Assembly (NCBI GenBank): GCA_951406725.2 | Contig: OX597821.1 | Coordinates: 10,726,001-10,790,000 of the forward strand | Reading direction: 5' to 3' | Source: Octopus vulgaris | Lineage: Eukaryota | Length of the DNA stretch: 64,000 nt | In this document: positions 59,200-64,000 of the stretch, one piece after another | How positions within the stretch are numbered: the first letter of the stretch is position 1 | How the letters are laid out: the number at the start of each line of letters is the position of its first letter | The notes under the pieces: model-generated | What the model saw: only the letters and a program-made list of their open reading frames with translations | What the model was told of the DNA's origin: nothing | The model's database searches: none | Translations under genes and position numbers: made by a program

Positions 59200-60370
59200 A
59201 CCACAGGATTCTATAAATCCATTTATTGCACTTTAAATGCCTGTATGTGTGCATTGTGCTTTAGAAAAGTGAGTTGTTTTTTCTAAATCCAACATAACGC
59301 CAGTCACGCCGATCCTTTGTCAACCCGTCCATGAGGCACATGTTTCTGTGATGAACGTTGACCACTCCGTCCAATATTCTCCTTCGCCTACCTCTTCTAC
59401 AAGCTCCATGAACATTAAAGGACCGGCAATTATTTAAACAGCTGTCATCGTTCTTACGCATCACATAACCATAATAATATAGCACGATTTCTTGCATACT
59501 ACAGCTGACACTTCTCATCCACATTGTTTTCTCAACACATTTGTATTTTAATGCTCTTGCTCGCAAACACTGCACATACTACGGAGCATCTTCGCATCAC
59601 TGGTTTTCAGTTTCTTCAGGTTCTCTGCACTGAAGCCCCATTAACATACCATATCACAGTTCTAAAATAGCGTCATATAATGTCTTATATTCCGAGTGTT
59701 GCAGCATTAGTAGATATTTCAACTTCGTCCTAACATAGGATTTTATATGAAATTATAGCTACCGCCTTGCTTACATATTATGCCTCTTGGGTAAAAAATA
59801 CTAAATGCAACTCCTTTTGAACCAGCCTGGTGTTTACCACAGTTTATTTCCGGTGTGTTCATAGTATGAATTGCTCAAGTACATCTCTTTCATATGAATC
59901 TTTCATTGTTAATATACCTGTTATATCCCGGCACAATTTAGATTTCCGTACCTTATATTCAGCACAACATATGGAGTATACACCTCAACCGTTTCTGAAT
60001 TACGAGTAACACTACTTCTATGAAAATACCAAGGCCCAGTTCTCTTTCCTACTCATAAAATCTGCGCGGTTACTTTATCTAGAGAGTCTCCTTTCTGAAT
60101 TTAGCTTCAATATCTGGAATTTACTCTCTAGTTCTGTTATAGTTATAACTTCATCATCAGTTTATAGGAGATCCCATGGGCAGCCAGTCTTAAATTCCTC
60201 TGTGATGTCCTAATGGACTGTAATGAATAGAAGACACCTGAGGACTAAACCTTGCACACAAATCTTCATTCTAAATTGTCAGTGAAACTGTTCTTGGTTG
60301 TTACTCTACTTACTGCATCATTGTACATTGCTTCTACAATTTGTCAACATCTACTGAACGGCACCCAATG
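59200..60370 (-). mobile_element. Degraded RTE-clade LINE
   Basis: QGLVLRCLLFI..ITEEFKTGCPWDLL*TDD (RT) and YYGYVMRK..GACRRGRRRRILDGVV..DRRDWR (RTE C-terminus). Confidence 0.8.
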
Positions 60371-61239
60371 TCAGACAACTTCAACAATTCACTGGACCTG
60401 TGGTTTGTTCTTAGCCAAGTATTGCTCGTGAAGTTCCGTCATTTGGAAGATTGCATCTTTGTTACAATCTATGAGAGTAGTGGCTCGTGTATAGGCACAT
60501 TGGTACTGCCGCACCCCCTATTTCCACTCGATATTAGCGATAACATCCAATATAGCGAATCCTTTTTCTTTAATTCTCTCTTTATACAAAATTTTTTTTA
60601 TAGAACTGTACGTTTCATATTCCACGACGTGGTGTTGGGTGTAGTGTGCATGCTTGCATGTCTGAGATAAGAAGCGTCACGCTAGGGAGAGAGAAAACTC
60701 TGGTTCACGCAGTACCGACTCGGTGTGCTGGTGAAAGGTAGTGTTTCTTTTTGACACCGCGTCTGTTGTGCTTAAAAAGGTGTTTATATTCTTGAATGTG
60801 ATAAACTGTAGAATTAGATTATTATCCTGCTCCTAGCTTCAGTGTTGCTGCAAGGATTTGAAAAATAGGGTACGTTCCCCATCTAGTTTTTGTTTTAGGG
60901 TGATTTTTTGAAACACAAGGGGAATTTGCGGCGAAGTTCAGTAAAAAAAATGAAACAGTACCCGGCAGTGGCTAAAACGCGAACCGATCTAGTTTATGTA
61001 TAAATTTATTTTTATATGTTTGTTCCATTTTACACAATATTACAACAACGGCTAAATGTTTTCTGAAGCAGCACTCCCACTAAGTTTATCTACGAGCCGC
61101 CACTTCCCCATGAGTACAAAAGTAAACGGTTCCCAACCATGTGTATTTTGTCATGTATCGCTTGTGCTATGAACAACCCTCTCTCTCTCCGTCTTTCTTT
61201 CTTTCTCCTCCCCTCTCTCTCTCTCTCTCTCTCTCTCTG

Positions 61240-62700
61240 TGACGATCAAAACTTAATACAGCATTCCTCTATAATTTTCTCTCTCTAGTACATCTTTGCC
61301 TTTGTAGCACTTTACGTTGTTAATACTTTGGAAATAATTGGATTTGACATCTTTTTGTGTCACTTGATTAACTATCCGAGTTGTAATCACGTAACCTACG
61401 TCATCATATATTTTGAGCATCCTCGCAACAGTCTCCGATGTACTTAATCGATATGTCTTCTACGTTTCTGTCATTTTTAATTGTTGCTCTCGCTATAAGG
61501 CTCAAAATTAGGTATGTCTTCTCTTTTTGTTTGCCTACTCCATGTTCAGCAGCTTCCTATAACAACATTGACACAGAACTTACTTATCTTCATGGTTTTA
61601 GCAAGTATGCGAACACGAATACATCATTACGAATACATTTCTCACCATTCTCCATTCTCTAACAGTGTCTTGCAACCCTGAATTTATTGTGCCTCCCATC
61701 CTCAACTTGCTACATATACGAAACACATTTCTATTGTGTCTTGCTCTTAGCAAAGAATAGCTGTCACCTCGTAGCAAAATCTCCCGAATAAAGCTGAATC
61801 TCCCAAATAAAATTTCTCTAGCACAGCTGAATCAAGCTTTTCCGAAATTCGTTTCATATTCAATTACACGCTCTCGTCCATGTCATTCCACCGTACTTCC
61901 CTTTCAATTTGTTTTGGAGGTTGTTATATCTACATGGATAATCTTTAGCCATGATGAGGTTATTTCCTGAAATTCCTAATTATCACGTATGCCAAGCACA
62001 CAACTTTTTTTTCTTTTAATTACATAATTCATTTATAATTTTGAACTGCAGAATCGTTTTTTAGGTGCCATAATGTTTTTTATCTGCCTAGCACTAACTC
62101 CGAAATCACTAAACCTAATTCATAATATACAGTGTATTCCACACCAGAAAATATTTTCGAATTTAAAATTAGCCCCTCTGCCTCATTTTGTGGTGTGAAT
62201 GAAATGTATTGTTTATGTTTCATATAAGGCAGCTGAATCGTATCTTTATATATTTACTGCAAGTCATTAGATCATTGCATCGAATAATGGCAGGAGATTT
62301 ACATAGTCCGCCTTTTGTGCACCATATACAGAGCCTTCATATACGTCCAGAAACCCAATATTACAGCCTGCTGGAAGTCCTCAAGGAAGTGCTGTTAAAT
62401 ATGTCGATCCTCTGTGTAGCACATAAGCAGAGATAAAACTTGAGGTTGAGTTGATCACATATATAATGAACGTAAACAATGTTTGTTCATAAATATCGAT
62501 CATTCTTAAATACACACGAGTCGAACCAGTTACAATTTTTTTGCACAGTTGCATAAATGTGTTTACATATTGTCTGTTTCTTCAAAACAATTCTTGCTAA
62601 AGATATTTTAAAATATCCAAATGTAATATATTTATTAAAAAGAAAATTATTGCCATTGTTCATTATAGACACCAACTATTCTGAAAATGAACGTCACACC
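61240..62700 (-). mobile_element. Possible very old CRE-like RLE non-LTR remnant
   Basis: Frame-hopping motifs in CRE order: GSTYLTALP, CTKGG..IIRCNDL, RGA...FWCG..IRFSD, GRE..MKRISEKL; runs toward (GA)n. Confidence 0.35.
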
Positions 62701-63849
62701 TCTTCCCCACGATCATTCTATATATATCCATATCTTATTGTAATGACCACCTGTTTATTTTGCTGTTGCAATTTTAAAATTTGAGATCACTCCTTGTTCA
62801 CTTCCGTAGTCATAACGGTATTGTTATCGCTTTCAAAATATCAACGAAATGAAGAAACAATCTTTTATAAATAGCAACGATAACAAATAAAAATTCTTTC
62901 ATATTCAACATTTTTATAATATTATACGTTTCTTGGAATTGTTTAAAAGTTATTTAATAGTTTGAGATTAATTCTAATAATTGTTTCACGTCTATTTTTC
63001 GGTTCAATATAATTTATTTTCTGATTGTCCGCAGTTTAATGCACTGCTGGCTACTGAGGTGTTGTTGTTCTTGGTCCTGCAGCTGTTTGTGTTTTTCAAA
63101 ACAAATTTGAGAATCGTTCCAATAAATTCGGTACCCGAGATGTGAAAGAGAAAGAAAATTGAACTCCTCTGGATTTTGAATAGTTTATTGAGACTGAATG
63201 TCAGAAAAGTTTAATAATTTGCAGTTTTCTGCAAAGAAATGTGAAAAAAAGCATAAACCATCTCTTGGACATCGTGCGATATGAACGTAGTAATAATATA
63301 ACAGCAGCAACAACAGCAAGAAAAACAAAAGCAACAATGTTGAATGGTACCATGGAATATTCTGCCAGACATTCTTGGCATTTAATTTGACTTGATACTA
63401 ACACATATCAAAATATAATACCTGCTACTAATTAGCATCCACTAGCGTAAAACTATTATTATTGAAAATGATAACATTAATAAATAAAGACACAGCAATA
63501 ATAATTATAGATAAAAGACGAAGTGAAGGAGGAGGAGGAACAAATGAAGAAATTACTTCACACAATTCACATTACATACTGGTATTAGAAACATATATTA
63601 TACTGGCAATATGATCGCCCTCCGGGCCGTTTTCTGCTGGTCACTCGATAATATTTTCAGTTTCTAATAAATTTCATATTTTACGTCTAATTATTTTTTT
63701 GTACAAGAGTACTTATTTACTTAGTAAATATTGCATTTATTATTTTATTGCGGTCTTATTTTATTACCATTAAGCCCCACTGTCCTATAAAAAGTACTCT
63801 TAATGGGAACATTAAATAAGCTATATAACATTGTCTCACTGTCCTATTT

Positions 63850-64000
63850 GTGGAGGCGCAATGGCCCAGTGGTTAGGGCAGCGGACTCGCGGTCATAGGA
63901 TCGCGGTTTCGATTCCCAGAGTGTTTATTGAGCGAAAATACCTAAAAGCTCCACGAGGCTCCGGTAGGGGATGGTGGTGATCCCTGCTGTACTCTTTCAC
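63850..64000 (+). mobile_element. SINE family B head (cut by window end)
   Basis: gtggaggcgcaatggcccagtggttagggcagcggactcgcggtc..ggtttcgattccc. Confidence 0.88.

Noticed and set aside
63201-63404. Small membrane-protein-like ORF
   Set aside because: Hydrophobic run derives from (GCT/GTT)-like low-complexity sequence; no family motif or splice support.
63850-63920. tRNA gene
   Set aside because: tRNA-like head continues into a SINE body shared with 56550 and 58259; no complete acceptor stem.

Overview
AT-rich, repeat-dominated animal genomic DNA. The SINE/LINE repertoire and the density of (TA)n/(CA)n/(TAA)n tracts suggest an octopus or other coleoid cephalopod (inference). No intact host gene is evident; most short ORFs are translated microsatellites. 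Contents: (1) a ~7 kb near-identical direct duplication abutting a 100-N gap, probably an uncollapsed haplotype; (2) a dense nest of about ten RLE-type (R4/Dong-like) non-LTR retrotransposon pieces from several subfamilies between 9 and 36 kb, most embedded in (TAA)n tracts with consistent strand polarity, including one young copy with an open 512-aa RT-thumb-CCHC-RLE frame; (3) three tRNA-derived SINE families; (4) a Neptune-type Penelope-like element (RT thumb + GIY-YIG) with a hammerhead-like motif in a nearby pLTR-like repeat; (5) a decayed Gypsy with an LTR+PBS bracketed by an unexplained 80-bp inverted repeat; (6) two inverted non-autonomous Helitrons, a mariner built from two left ends, a Tc1/maT remnant, an RTE LINE remnant and a possible CRE-like remnant; (7) one or two isolated candidate exons. 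The most notable pattern is the strand-polarised stacking of retroelements in microsatellites; nothing here proves a wholly new system.
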